Source: an uncultured Bacteroidales bacterium (GTDB lineage Bacteria; Bacteroidota; Bacteroidia; Bacteroidales; FEN-979). From it: 64,000 nucleotides of DNA. Below, one piece after another: positions 9,132-17,834 of the stretch. Both the position numbers and the translations under genes were made by a program. The stretch covers positions 743 through 64,742 of the forward strand of contig CAIYJU010000058.1 in NCBI GenBank assembly GCA_903926565.1, given 5' to 3'. A model generated the notes under the pieces. That model made no database searches. It saw only the letters and a list, made by a program, of their open reading frames with translations, and was not told the DNA's origin. Position 1 is the first letter of the stretch; every line of letters starts with the position of its first letter.

Positions 9132-9842
9132 ATGAAAAAATATTTAGCTGAATTAATCGGAACCTTCAGCCTGGTGTTATTTGGTTGCGGATCCGCGGTT
9201 ATTGCAAGCGCGAATGTTGTAGGACCTGCCGGAGTCAGTGCTTATGGAATTGGCCTTCTTGGAATTTCAGTCGCATTCGGATTTTCCGTTGTGGCCATGG
9301 CCTATGCCATCGGAGGGATTTCAGGTTGCCACATCAACCCTGCAGTAACCATTGGCGTTTTGGTAGCAGGCAGGATAGGGATGAAGGATGCCGCAGGATA
9401 TATTGTTGCACAGTGTATTGGCGCAATACTTGGCGCTGCGGTCCTGTATCTTATCGTAATGGGCAAGCCGGGCTGGCAGATGCAGGAGTGGGCATTGGGG
9501 TCAAATGGCTGGGGTGAAGGTTATCTTGGAGCGTACAACACCTTAAGCGCATTTGTCATTGAAACCGTCATGACCTTCCTTTTCCTCTTCGTCATTCTGG
9601 CTGTTACTTCCAAATTTGGAAACGGAACCATGGCCGGGCTGGCGATAGGTGTTACCCTGATGCTTATCCACCTTGTTGCCATTCCTGTTACCGGTACCTC
9701 TGTAAACCCGGCCAGGAGCCTTGGCCCTGCATTGTTTGCCGGAGGTCAGGCGCTTTCGCAGCTGTGGCTGTTTATCCTGGCCCCGATTCTTGGCGCGGTA
9801 ATAGCTGCATTGGTCTGGAAATTTGGATTTGAAAAAGAGTAA
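9132..9842 (+). CDS. aqpZ: Aquaporin Z
   Basis: Two NPA boxes (HINPAVT, VNPARS), six TM segments, 236 aa. Confidence 0.9.
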   Translation: MKKYLAELIGTFSLVLFGCGSAVIASANVVGPAGVSAYGIGLLGISVAFGFSVVAMAYAIGGISGCHINPAVTIGVLVAGRIGMKDAAGYIVAQCIGAILGAAVLYLIVMGKPGWQMQEWALGSNGWGEGYLGAYNTLSAFVIETVMTFLFLFVILAVTSKFGNGTMAGLAIGVTLMLIHLVAIPVTGTSVNPARSLGPALFAGGQALSQLWLFILAPILGAVIAALVWKFGFEKE

Positions 9843-9867
9843 TAACTAAGTTTCAGTACAAAACACC

Positions 9868-9908
9868 TCGCCCTGTGTTCTTTCAAAAGGATGCAGGGCG
9901 ATATTTTT
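9868..9908 (+). terminator. Probable terminator hairpin after aqpZ
   Basis: tcgccctg(9868-9875)/cagggcga(9894-9901), then tattttt. The loop is long (18 nt), so confidence is moderate. Confidence 0.5.
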
Positions 9909-9942
9909 ATCCTGATTTTACATAGTTGAACCGGTGTACAAG

Positions 9943-11205
9943 ATGATTCTGAAATTCATAAAAGACCTGCGGCGGCGAGACCACAAGCCCCGTTTCGGCG
10001 GACTTGATATCCTCAAGTACATCGGGCCGGGATTGCTTGTCACAGTTGGATTCATCGATCCTGGCAACTGGGCATCCAACATTGCTGCAGGTTCTGAGTT
10101 CGGCTATGAACTGCTCTGGATGGTTACCCTTTCAACGATTATGCTGATCATCCTTCAGCACAATGTGGCCCACCTGGGTATTGCCACCGGGCTTTGCCTG
10201 TCGGAGGCTGCAAATAAGCACACCCCTGCCTGGATTTCAAGAACGGTACTGATATCAGCCATGGGAGCTTCCGTCTCCACTTCACTCGCAGAAATTCTTG
10301 GTGCAGCCGTAGCCCTGAATATGCTGTTTGACATCCCCATCCCGGCAGGTGCAGTCATGGCTTTCATCTTTGTAATGGTCATGCTGTTCACCAATTCCTA
10401 CCAGAAGATTGAGAAATTTATCATTGCCTTTGTTTCCATCATCGGGCTCTCATTTTTATATGAACTGACCCTGGTTGACATCAATTGGGTTGAAGCCGGA
10501 ATTGGCTGGGTAAAACCAAGCCTTCCCCAGGGATCGATGATTATCGTGATGAGCGTACTCGGCGCAGTGGTCATGCCCCATAACCTCTTTCTTCATTCCG
10601 AGATCATCCAAAGCCGCCAATGGAACCTGGAGGATGAAAAAGTGATCAAGCGGCAGCTCGACTATGAACTTTTCGATACGCTCTTTTCAATGCTGATCGG
10701 ATGGGCCATCAACAGCGCGATCATCCTGCTTGCAGCTACTGCTTTCTTCGCAAACAACATCCCTGTGAATGCCTTGGAGCAGGCGGAAAGCATCCTGAAA
10801 CCGCTGCTGGGGAACCATGCTGCCGTGGTTTTTGGCGTGGCACTTCTCTTTGCAGGAATCGCCTCCACCATCACTTCCGGCATGGCCGGAGGAAGCATTT
10901 TTGCCGGTATTTTCGGAGAGCCTTACGATATCCACGACAGCCATTCCCGTCTTGGGGTAATGATTTCTCTGGTCGTCGCACTGCTCCTTATTTTTATCAT
11001 CACCAATCCCTACCAGGGGCTGATTATCTCCCAGATGGTTCTCAGCATACAGTTGCCTTTTACAATATTTCTTCAGATCTACCTGACGTCATCAAAAAAA
11101 GTGATGGGGAAATATGTGAATACCTCCTCCACAAAAACCATGCTCCTCGTCGTTGGCGCGATCGTTGTTTTCCTGAATGTAAAATTGCTGTTCAGTTTCT
11201 TTTGA
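9943..11205 (+). CDS. mntH: NRAMP-family divalent metal (Mn2+/Fe2+) transporter
   Basis: GPGLLVTVGFIDPGNWASNIAAGSEFGYELLW, MPHNLFLHS, and about 11 TM helices. The ATG at 9943 is preferred over the GTG at 9934. Confidence 0.85.
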   Translation: MILKFIKDLRRRDHKPRFGGLDILKYIGPGLLVTVGFIDPGNWASNIAAGSEFGYELLWMVTLSTIMLIILQHNVAHLGIATGLCLSEAANKHTPAWISRTVLISAMGASVSTSLAEILGAAVALNMLFDIPIPAGAVMAFIFVMVMLFTNSYQKIEKFIIAFVSIIGLSFLYELTLVDINWVEAGIGWVKPSLPQGSMIIVMSVLGAVVMPHNLFLHSEIIQSRQWNLEDEKVIKRQLDYELFDTLFSMLIGWAINSAIILLAATAFFANNIPVNALEQAESILKPLLGNHAAVVFGVALLFAGIASTITSGMAGGSIFAGIFGEPYDIHDSHSRLGVMISLVVALLLIFIITNPYQGLIISQMVLSIQLPFTIFLQIYLTSSKKVMGKYVNTSSTKTMLLVVGAIVVFLNVKLLFSFF

Positions 11206-11212
11206 GAATCTT

Positions 11213-11220
11213 TACCTTTG
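11213..11220 (+). promoter_or_regulatory. Putative -7 promoter box
   Basis: TACCTTTG (TAnnTTTG), 17 nt upstream of the ATG at 11237. Confidence 0.3.
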
Positions 11221-11236
11221 CCATAATTAGAAAAAT

Positions 11237-12802
11237 ATGCCATCAAACCGTAAGATATATCTTGCTTTTTTTATTTTGCTTGCGGCATCGGCATTGATTC
11301 GTGGTTTTATTGCCGGTTTTATTGAACTGGGTAACGATGAGGTTTATTATCTCACCTATGCAAAATTCCCGGCATTCAGCCACTTCGACCACCCGCCGAT
11401 GGTAGGTGTTGTAATACAGATACTTACGCTGAACCTGACATTTGACAGTGAGTTTTTTATCAGGCTGGCGGCAGTAGTGCTTGGAACGCTGAGTACCGGG
11501 CTGATGTTCCTGACAGGCAGGCTCATTAAAAACCCGCTGACCGGCCTTTACGCAGCGTTGTTATTTTCGGCTTCTTTTTACGGGTTTGTACTTAGTGGTA
11601 CCTTCATTCTTCCCGACGCGCCACAGGTCTTTTTCTGGTTGCTGACGCTATACCTTCTTCTGCTTATATTACCCGATCGTGAATTGCTGAGGAAGAGCAG
11701 GACTCTTTTTCCTGTTGCAGGTGTCGTTGCCGGGTTGGCCATGCTGTCTAAGTATCATTCAGTTTTTTTAATTACCGGTATTTTTTTCTACATATTGTTT
11801 TATAATCGCAAATGGTTTGGAGCTAAGGAGATATACGTAGCCTTCCTGGTTTTTTTAATGCTGTGCCTGCCGGTGGTCCTGTGGAACGTTGACAATGACT
11901 TTATCAGTTTTACCTATCATGAAAACCGTGTGAGCATTACCGCCTCTGGATTGCAGCCGCAATATTTTCTGACTGAGATTGCAGGCGAGTTCTTCTACAA
12001 CAATCCGGTGAATGTGGTGATCATCCTCATCGCTTTCATTGCACTTATTCGCAGGAAGCAGTTCATCCGGCCTGATTATAAACGGATCATCCTATGGATC
12101 AGCATTCCATTGGTTTTGGTTTTTATCTCCTTCTCTTTGTTCCGCAGTACCTTACCTCACTGGACCGGTCCGGGTTACCTTGGATTCATCCTGATTGCCG
12201 CTGCTTACCTGTCTGAGCCAAAGCGCCCGGATTTGAAACTTCGTCTTATCCCCTGGCCGGTTACGATGGCACTTGTTTTTATCTTGCTTGTAACTGTTGC
12301 GGTGATGGGGCAGATCAGGTATGGCTGGGTTCCGCTCACCAGATGGAAAGTTGCCGATATTTCTCATGACCTGACCGGATGGAGGCAGCTTGGCGGGAAG
12401 TTTGCCCCGATCGCAAAATCTGACGTGGATCAGGGTCGTATGAAAGCAGGGTCGCCGATCCTGACATTCAGATGGTTCCCGGCTGCCAACCTTGATTACT
12501 ATGTCGGTGGGCCCGTCAATAAACCCGTATATGCGCTGGGAACCCTGGAACGGATTCATAAATATCACTGGATCAACCAGCTTCGGGGAAACCTGAAACA
12601 AGGTTCCGACGCCTATTATATTGCCCTGAGTGATGATTATGAAGATCCGGTGTCATTATACGGAGCCCTTTATGATACCATTATGCCGGCTGATACGATC
12701 TGCATTACCAGGGGTAGTGAACTGGTCAGGAAAGCGTTTGTTTACCGGCTGAGCGGTTTGAAGAAGGAGTTGGTGTTTTCGAATGAAAATCGAACGAAGT
12801 AA
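11237..12802 (+). CDS. GT-C fold glycosyltransferase (family 39/83, ArnT/PMT-like)
   Basis: N-terminal ELGNDEVYYLTYAKFPAFSHFDHPPMVG (acidic first-loop motif), more than 10 TM helices, and a soluble C-terminal domain. Confidence 0.7.
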   Translation: MPSNRKIYLAFFILLAASALIRGFIAGFIELGNDEVYYLTYAKFPAFSHFDHPPMVGVVIQILTLNLTFDSEFFIRLAAVVLGTLSTGLMFLTGRLIKNPLTGLYAALLFSASFYGFVLSGTFILPDAPQVFFWLLTLYLLLLILPDRELLRKSRTLFPVAGVVAGLAMLSKYHSVFLITGIFFYILFYNRKWFGAKEIYVAFLVFLMLCLPVVLWNVDNDFISFTYHENRVSITASGLQPQYFLTEIAGEFFYNNPVNVVIILIAFIALIRRKQFIRPDYKRIILWISIPLVLVFISFSLFRSTLPHWTGPGYLGFILIAAAYLSEPKRPDLKLRLIPWPVTMALVFILLVTVAVMGQIRYGWVPLTRWKVADISHDLTGWRQLGGKFAPIAKSDVDQGRMKAGSPILTFRWFPAANLDYYVGGPVNKPVYALGTLERIHKYHWINQLRGNLKQGSDAYYIALSDDYEDPVSLYGALYDTIMPADTICITRGSELVRKAFVYRLSGLKKELVFSNENRTK

Positions 12803-12838
12803 GAATCCTGGTATTGAAGGATAAATGATTTCTAAGAA

Positions 12839-13513
12839 ATGTTTGTTAACTTTGACAAAAAATTAAGAAATGAACTTGAAGATATCATTTCAGGGAAGGG
12901 CAAAATTAGCCCAGGAAATCTTATCCAAACAACAGCCGGTTACCTTAGAGCAGGCAAAGGAACAAATAGAACGTCTGGGCAGACAAAATCCACAAAAGTC
13001 AAAGAAACAAAGGAGTTAGAAGAGTACATTGAACGGAATAGCCTTTGGTTCAATGGTATTGATGAAACAAAGTTTATTGGTGAAGGTGCCGAACAGAAAG
13101 TATATCTCCAAAAAGACGGGAAAACCGTTATCAAACTTAATGATTCTGTGTTTTATTCTTCCTGGTTAGATTATCTAACCAGTTTGCAGCTACATAACCT
13201 GTTATTCCCTGATACAAAATATACACTCCTTGGGTTTACCCGCAAGGTCAATGAACTATTTGCAGTTGTGGAACAACCGTATGTAATCTCAACGTCGTTA
13301 ACCAGGTTGGAGGAAGTGAGAATTTATATGGCGAACAAAGGATTTGGAAACAGCAAGAATAATGACTACTTCAATGCAGAAATAGGCATTATTCTTGAAG
13401 ACCTCCACGATGAAAACGTATTGACCAATAAAGGAATATTATTTTTTATTGATACTGCATTTTACATTTCTATTTCGGTCCGACCATCTTGCCCGGATCC
13501 ACCGCTTTGTTGA
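12839..13513 (+). CDS. Small stand-alone protein-kinase-like protein (resembles the 'polyvalent-protein' mini-kinase domain)
   Basis: Gly-rich loop [10 protein letters not shown], Lys in TVIKLN, catalytic-loop-like LHDENVL, and DFG-like FFIDT. The gene is visibly A+T-rich compared with its neighbours. Its 3' end overlaps fumC by 44 nt on the opposite strand. Confidence 0.45.
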   Translation: MFVNFDKKLRNELEDIISGKGKISPGNLIQTTAGYLRAGKGTNRTSGQTKSTKVKETKELEEYIERNSLWFNGIDETKFIGEGAEQKVYLQKDGKTVIKLNDSVFYSSWLDYLTSLQLHNLLFPDTKYTLLGFTRKVNELFAVVEQPYVISTSLTRLEEVRIYMANKGFGNSKNNDYFNAEIGIILEDLHDENVLTNKGILFFIDTAFYISISVRPSCPDPPLC

Positions 13514-14867
13514 AATCCTCTTCGGAGATCAGTCCTGATTCCATTGCAGCCTGGCGAAGAGTTTTGTGTTCCTGGTGTGCCTTCTTTGCAATTTTAGCCG
13601 AGTTGTCATACCCGATAATGGGGTTCAGGGCAGTAACAAGCATCAGTGAATTTTCAAGATTTTTATTGATGGCTGCCATGTTCGGTTCGATTCCAATGGC
13701 GCAGTTATCGGTGAAGGATACACAGGCATCTCCGATCAGGCGTGCCGACATCAGCAGGTTTGAGATCATCAGCGGTTTGAACACATTCAGCTGGAAATGG
13801 CCGCTGATGCCGCCGATATTGATGGCCACATCATTGCCCAGCACCTGGGCGCAAACCATGGTCATGGCTTCAGGCTGGGTGGGATTTACCTTGCCCGGCA
13901 TGATGCTTGAGCCAGGCTCATTTTCGGGAAGCATCAGTTCGCCGATGCCGCAGCGCGGACCGGAAGCGAGCAGCCGGATATTGGACGCAATGTGCATCAG
14001 GCTTACCGCAATGGTTTTCAGCGCCCCGGAAGTCTCAACCATGGCATCGTGTGCAGATAACGATTCGAACTTGTTTTCTGCTGTAACAAAAGGCAAACCG
14101 GTGAGTTCTGCAATTTTTTTTGCAACAAGCACATCGTAACCTTTTGGTGCATTTAGCCCTGTGCCTACTGCAGTTCCGCCGAGTGCAAGTTCGGAAAGGT
14201 GAGGGAGGGTGTTTTTCAGTGCTTTCAGCCCGTGTTCAAGTTGAGAAACATAGCCTGAGAACTCCTGCCCCAACGTCAAAGGGGTGGCATCCATCAGGTG
14301 GGTGCGGCCGGTTTTCACGATCTCTTTGAACGTTTCGGATTTTTTTGCAAGAGTTGCTTTTAACAACTCAATCCCGGGAATGGTAACCTTTGTGACCATT
14401 TTATAGGCTGCAATGCTCATTGCTGCCGGGAAGGTGTCGTTGGAAGACTGTGATTTATTCACATCATCGTTTGGATGGATGATGGTTTTGCCTTCACCGC
14501 CAAGTACGCCGCCATTGATGACATGGGCCCTGTTGGCGATCACCTCGTTGAGGTTCATGTTGGTTTGAGTGCCGGAGCCGGTTTGCCAGATCACAAGGGG
14601 AAACTGGTCGTTCAGTTTTCCATCGAGGATCTCATCGCAGGCTTTCACAATGAGGTCTTTCTTTTCGGCTGAAAGCACTCCGAGATCGGCATTGACCATG
14701 GCAGCTGCTTTTTTCAGGGTTGCCATGCCCATGATCATCTCTTTGGGCATGGAACCGGGTTCGCCGATTTTGAAATTCCCAAGTGAACGTTGTGTCTGTG
14801 CTCCCCAGTACTTGTCCATGTCAACCTCGATGGGTCCCATGGTGTCTTTTTCGATGCGTGTTTTCAT
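13470..14867 (-). CDS. fumC: Class II fumarate hydratase
   Basis: [13 protein letters not shown] signature, [11 protein letters not shown], 465 aa. Confidence 0.95.
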   Translation of the reverse strand: MKTRIEKDTMGPIEVDMDKYWGAQTQRSLGNFKIGEPGSMPKEMIMGMATLKKAAAMVNADLGVLSAEKKDLIVKACDEILDGKLNDQFPLVIWQTGSGTQTNMNLNEVIANRAHVINGGVLGGEGKTIIHPNDDVNKSQSSNDTFPAAMSIAAYKMVTKVTIPGIELLKATLAKKSETFKEIVKTGRTHLMDATPLTLGQEFSGYVSQLEHGLKALKNTLPHLSELALGGTAVGTGLNAPKGYDVLVAKKIAELTGLPFVTAENKFESLSAHDAMVETSGALKTIAVSLMHIASNIRLLASGPRCGIGELMLPENEPGSSIMPGKVNPTQPEAMTMVCAQVLGNDVAINIGGISGHFQLNVFKPLMISNLLMSARLIGDACVSFTDNCAIGIEPNMAAINKNLENSLMLVTALNPIIGYDNSAKIAKKAHQEHKTLRQAAMESGLISEEDFNKAVDPGKMVGPK

Positions 14868-14898
14868 GGTGTGTAGTTAGATGATTATCGTGTGGAAC

Positions 14899-15243
14899 TT
14901 ATTTCAGCAGGGGGGTGATATTCTCAACCGGGTCGCCGAACACCGCTTTGTACTTTCCTTCCACAATCGGCCGTTGCAGGAGTTTCGGATTCTGAAGGAT
15001 GATGTTGATCAGTTCGTGGTCTTCAAATTTCTTGCCTTTCAGCTGTTTTTTGTAATAATCCTCCTGTGTTCGGAGTAAATCCGGCGGTGTCACATTTAAT
15101 TTCACCAGTAATGTTGAGATATCCTTCTCAGTCAGGGGGTTTTTGAGGTACTCGACGATGGTGAATGCCACACCGGAATCCTGAAGGTATTGCAGGCCGG
15201 CACGGGATTTTTTACATGATGGGTTGTGATATATCCTGATCAT
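14899..15243 (-). CDS. ArsC/Spx-family thioredoxin-fold protein (YffB-like)
   Basis: MIRIYHNPSCKKSRAGLQYL N-terminus, 114 aa. Confidence 0.75.
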   Translation of the reverse strand: MIRIYHNPSCKKSRAGLQYLQDSGVAFTIVEYLKNPLTEKDISTLLVKLNVTPPDLLRTQEDYYKKQLKGKKFEDHELINIILQNPKLLQRPIVEGKYKAVFGDPVENITPLLK

Positions 15244-15254
15244 TTAAGAAATTC

Positions 15255-16347
15255 TTAACCTGCGTTTCCATACTCCATGAGGTACGCTTTGATAAATTCC
15301 GTGAGGTCGCCATCAAGTACTGCCTGGGTGTCGGATGTTTCACAATTTGTACGGAGGTCTTTTACCATTTTATACGGATGAAGCACATAACTGCGGATCT
15401 GGCTGCCCCATTCAATTTTCTTCTTCCCGCTTTCGATCACGTTTATTTTTTCACGCTGTTTGCGAAGTTCGATTTCATACAACTGGGACTTCAGCAACTT
15501 TAGTGCTTTTTCACGGTTCTGTCCTTGTGAGCGGGTCTCCTGGCATTCGATGACAATGCCCGATGGTTCGTGTTTCAGGCGAACCGCGGTTTCCACCTTG
15601 TTTACATTCTGTCCGCCGGGGCCGCTGCTGCGAAAGGTATCCCAGCTTATGTCTGAAGGATTGATTTCAATGATTATGTCGTCGTTGATGATCGGGTAGG
15701 CATAAACCGAAGCGAAGGAGGTGTGCCGTTTGTGGTTGGAATCGAATGGCGAAAGCCGCACCAGCCGGTGCACACCGTTCTCTCCTTTCAGATATCCATA
15801 AGCATAGTCGCCGTCAAATTCGAGCGTTACCGATTTAATCCCGGCCACATCGCCTTCCTGGTAATCAACCTCTGTAATTTTAAATTTACTGCGTTCGGCA
15901 TAACGGATGTACATCCGCATGAGCATTTCCGCCCAATCCTGCGATTCGGTACCGCCTGCACCGGAGTTGATCTGGACGATGGCGCCGAGTTTGTCCTCTT
16001 CACCGCTCAGCATGTTCCGGAATTCGAGGTCTTCGACCAGGCGGAGCGTCTCCTTGTAGCTGTTTTCAACATCATCTTCGGTGCCTTCACCCTGGATGAA
16101 AAAATCCCACATGATCTGCAGGTCCTCCCGGCTTGAAACGGCCTGAAGAAAGGCATCCGTCCATAGTTTTTTATCACGGATGGCCCGCAAGGCCTGTTCT
16201 GCAGTTTTGGGGTTGTTCCAGAAATCGGGGGCTTGTGACAGTTGTTCTTCTTCTGCTATCCGGGAAAGTTTATTGTCGATGTCAAAGATACCTCCTCAAG
16301 ACGTCGAGTCTTGTCTGAAGGTCTTTCAGTTGGTCTGGTGCTACCAT
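15255..16347 (-). CDS. prfB: Peptide chain release factor 2, with programmed +1 frameshift
   Basis: Frame 0 (16347..16285) reads [21 protein letters not shown], then an in-frame TGA (16284..16282). The +1 frame from 16283 continues [14 protein letters not shown]... into ORF 15255..16190, which carries SPF and GGQ motifs. Total about 363 aa. Confidence 0.9.
16282..16296 (-). promoter_or_regulatory. RF2 autoregulatory frameshift site
   Basis: The minus strand reads AGGAGG TAT CTT TGA C: an SD-like element, 3-nt spacer and the CTT-TGA-C slippery site, as in the classical prfB site. Confidence 0.85.
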
Positions 16348-16348
16348 G

Positions 16349-16834
16349 TCAGATTTTAAGTTCGTTTAATACATTTAAGATCAGGTCAAATTCGAATCCT
16401 TTTCCTGTGACAAAAGTGATGATTTTTTCGCGGACCGACAAATGTTTTCCGGTATTTATTTCTGACAGTTTTTTAAGAATTAATTCACGGATGGTTGCCA
16501 TGTAGTCATCGTCTCCGATCTCTTCCATGGCTTTCGGAATAAGCTCTTCCGGGATGTTCCTGCTTTTGAGTTCATAACGGATCTTTGCCCGGCCCCATTT
16601 GTTGACGTGAAATTTACTGCGTACGAAAAGGCGGGCATATCGTTCTTCGTTGATATACCCATCCTCAGATAAACTATGTTTGATTTTTTTAGTTTTGGCC
16701 GGTGAGACTTTCCATGCCATTAGCTTGGTGTCAACCTCATGGTTGCATCGTTCCTGATAAGCACAATAATGCTGTATTCTCCTCAGAATGGCCCCCAGGT
16801 CATCTTCTCTTTCGTATTGCCCGGGTTTTGACAT
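16349..16834 (-). CDS. recX: RecX family regulator
   Basis: ILRRIQHYCAYQERCNHEV... and three helical repeats, 161 aa. Its stop is 1 nt from the prfB ATG. Confidence 0.8.
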   Translation of the reverse strand: MSKPGQYEREDDLGAILRRIQHYCAYQERCNHEVDTKLMAWKVSPAKTKKIKHSLSEDGYINEERYARLFVRSKFHVNKWGRAKIRYELKSRNIPEELIPKAMEEIGDDDYMATIRELILKKLSEINTGKHLSVREKIITFVTGKGFEFDLILNVLNELKI

Positions 16835-17061
16835 GCTGAAAACACCTACATTTATTATTCCCCATTGCGGAAAAATTCATGTAAAGGTAATGCTAAAGTT
16901 GCATAAAAACAACTCATAAGATGAAAAAAGTGAAAAGGTAACAAGATTCAGGTTGTTTTCCTCTGAGAAAATTTCCCATCAGGATAAGACCATGTCATTA
17001 ACCCTGGATGATTTGGTGGAGGCAGAGAAATTAGAATAAAAATAGCCAAATCCATACCCAA

Positions 17062-17472
17062 TTATAAGGTTATAAAATCCTGTGCAGTCATCACTGAAAT
17101 TTGGGCTTTTTTATAATCTTTCAGGTTCCGGGTCAGAAGCAATTCCAGGTTGTTTTCTAAAGCGCAATAATACTGAATGGCATCCTCAAAATCGTTAAAA
17201 TCGGAATTTAACGCCAGATCGATGATTTTTGCATTTATTGGGACGATTTGTACCAGCAGTCTGAATTTCCTGATAATATGTTTTGCCTGATCGGAGGAGA
17301 GTTGCTTTGAGATTAAGTAGTGAATGTTTGCGATGGTTAAAGCAGAGATGAATATTTGAATTTTGCCTTCATCAGATAATGTAAATAAGGTAGCTGCCGC
17401 ATGATAGTGCGGTTCGCGCATTGCAAGCATGTCGTAAATGATGTCGGTATCGACAAATATTTTACGTTTCAT
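17062..17472 (-). CDS. PIN-domain toxin (VapC-like)
   Basis: KIFVDTDIIYD (first acidic residues), FNDFEDAIQ, LLTRNLKDY; 136 aa. There is a 4-nt overlap with the upstream small gene. Confidence 0.8.
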   Translation of the reverse strand: MKRKIFVDTDIIYDMLAMREPHYHAAATLFTLSDEGKIQIFISALTIANIHYLISKQLSSDQAKHIIRKFRLLVQIVPINAKIIDLALNSDFNDFEDAIQYYCALENNLELLLTRNLKDYKKAQISVMTAQDFITL

Positions 17473-17714
17473 AAGTACTTTTCATTCAAGTGGTTATGAA
17501 ACATTTCCTTGTGGCTAAATTCTTCCGGTACCCGAATTACCCCACTAATTGATTTAACCAGGGGTGATATTTCTTCCTTCCCTTTTGATTCTGCTGTAAT
17601 TGCCGCCAGATAATTCTCAATAATCCTGGATAAACTGGTTTCATGGTCTGAGGCATATTTTTTTGCCTGATTAATAACACTCTTTTTTAACTTCAAAGTG
17701 AGTTTTGTATCCAT
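17469..17714 (-). CDS. Cognate antitoxin (small DNA-binding type)
   Basis: MDTKLTLKLKKSVINQAKKYASDHETSLSRIIENYL from the ATG at 17714. The longer ORF-track start (17765) would include the predicted promoter. Confidence 0.65.
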   Translation of the reverse strand: MDTKLTLKLKKSVINQAKKYASDHETSLSRIIENYLAAITAESKGKEEISPLVKSISGVIRVPEEFSHKEMFHNHLNEKYL

Positions 17715-17734
17715 CTTATAAGGCTTAATGCGTA

Positions 17735-17765
17735 CAAATATACAACATCTATACGTACTTGTCAA
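17735..17765 (-). promoter_or_regulatory. Putative promoter of the PIN toxin-antitoxin operon
   Basis: The minus strand reads TTGACA (17765-17760), about 17 nt spacer, TATATTTG (17742-17735; TAnnTTTG). It sits about 20 nt upstream of the ATG at 17714. Confidence 0.45.
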
Positions 17766-17834
17766 GAGGAAAGCAGAGTTGATAATACCATAATGACTAC
17801 CATCATCACTTTATGAGTAGAAAGCTATGGTGAG

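Noticed and set aside
9843-9942. A possible Mn2+ riboswitch upstream of the NRAMP gene. Also considered: a glycine riboswitch upstream of gcvH (35821-35909) and a TPP riboswitch near thiL (51356-51497).
   Set aside because: The gaps are too short and lack the conserved cores of those riboswitch classes. The visible hairpins are better explained as terminators of the preceding genes.
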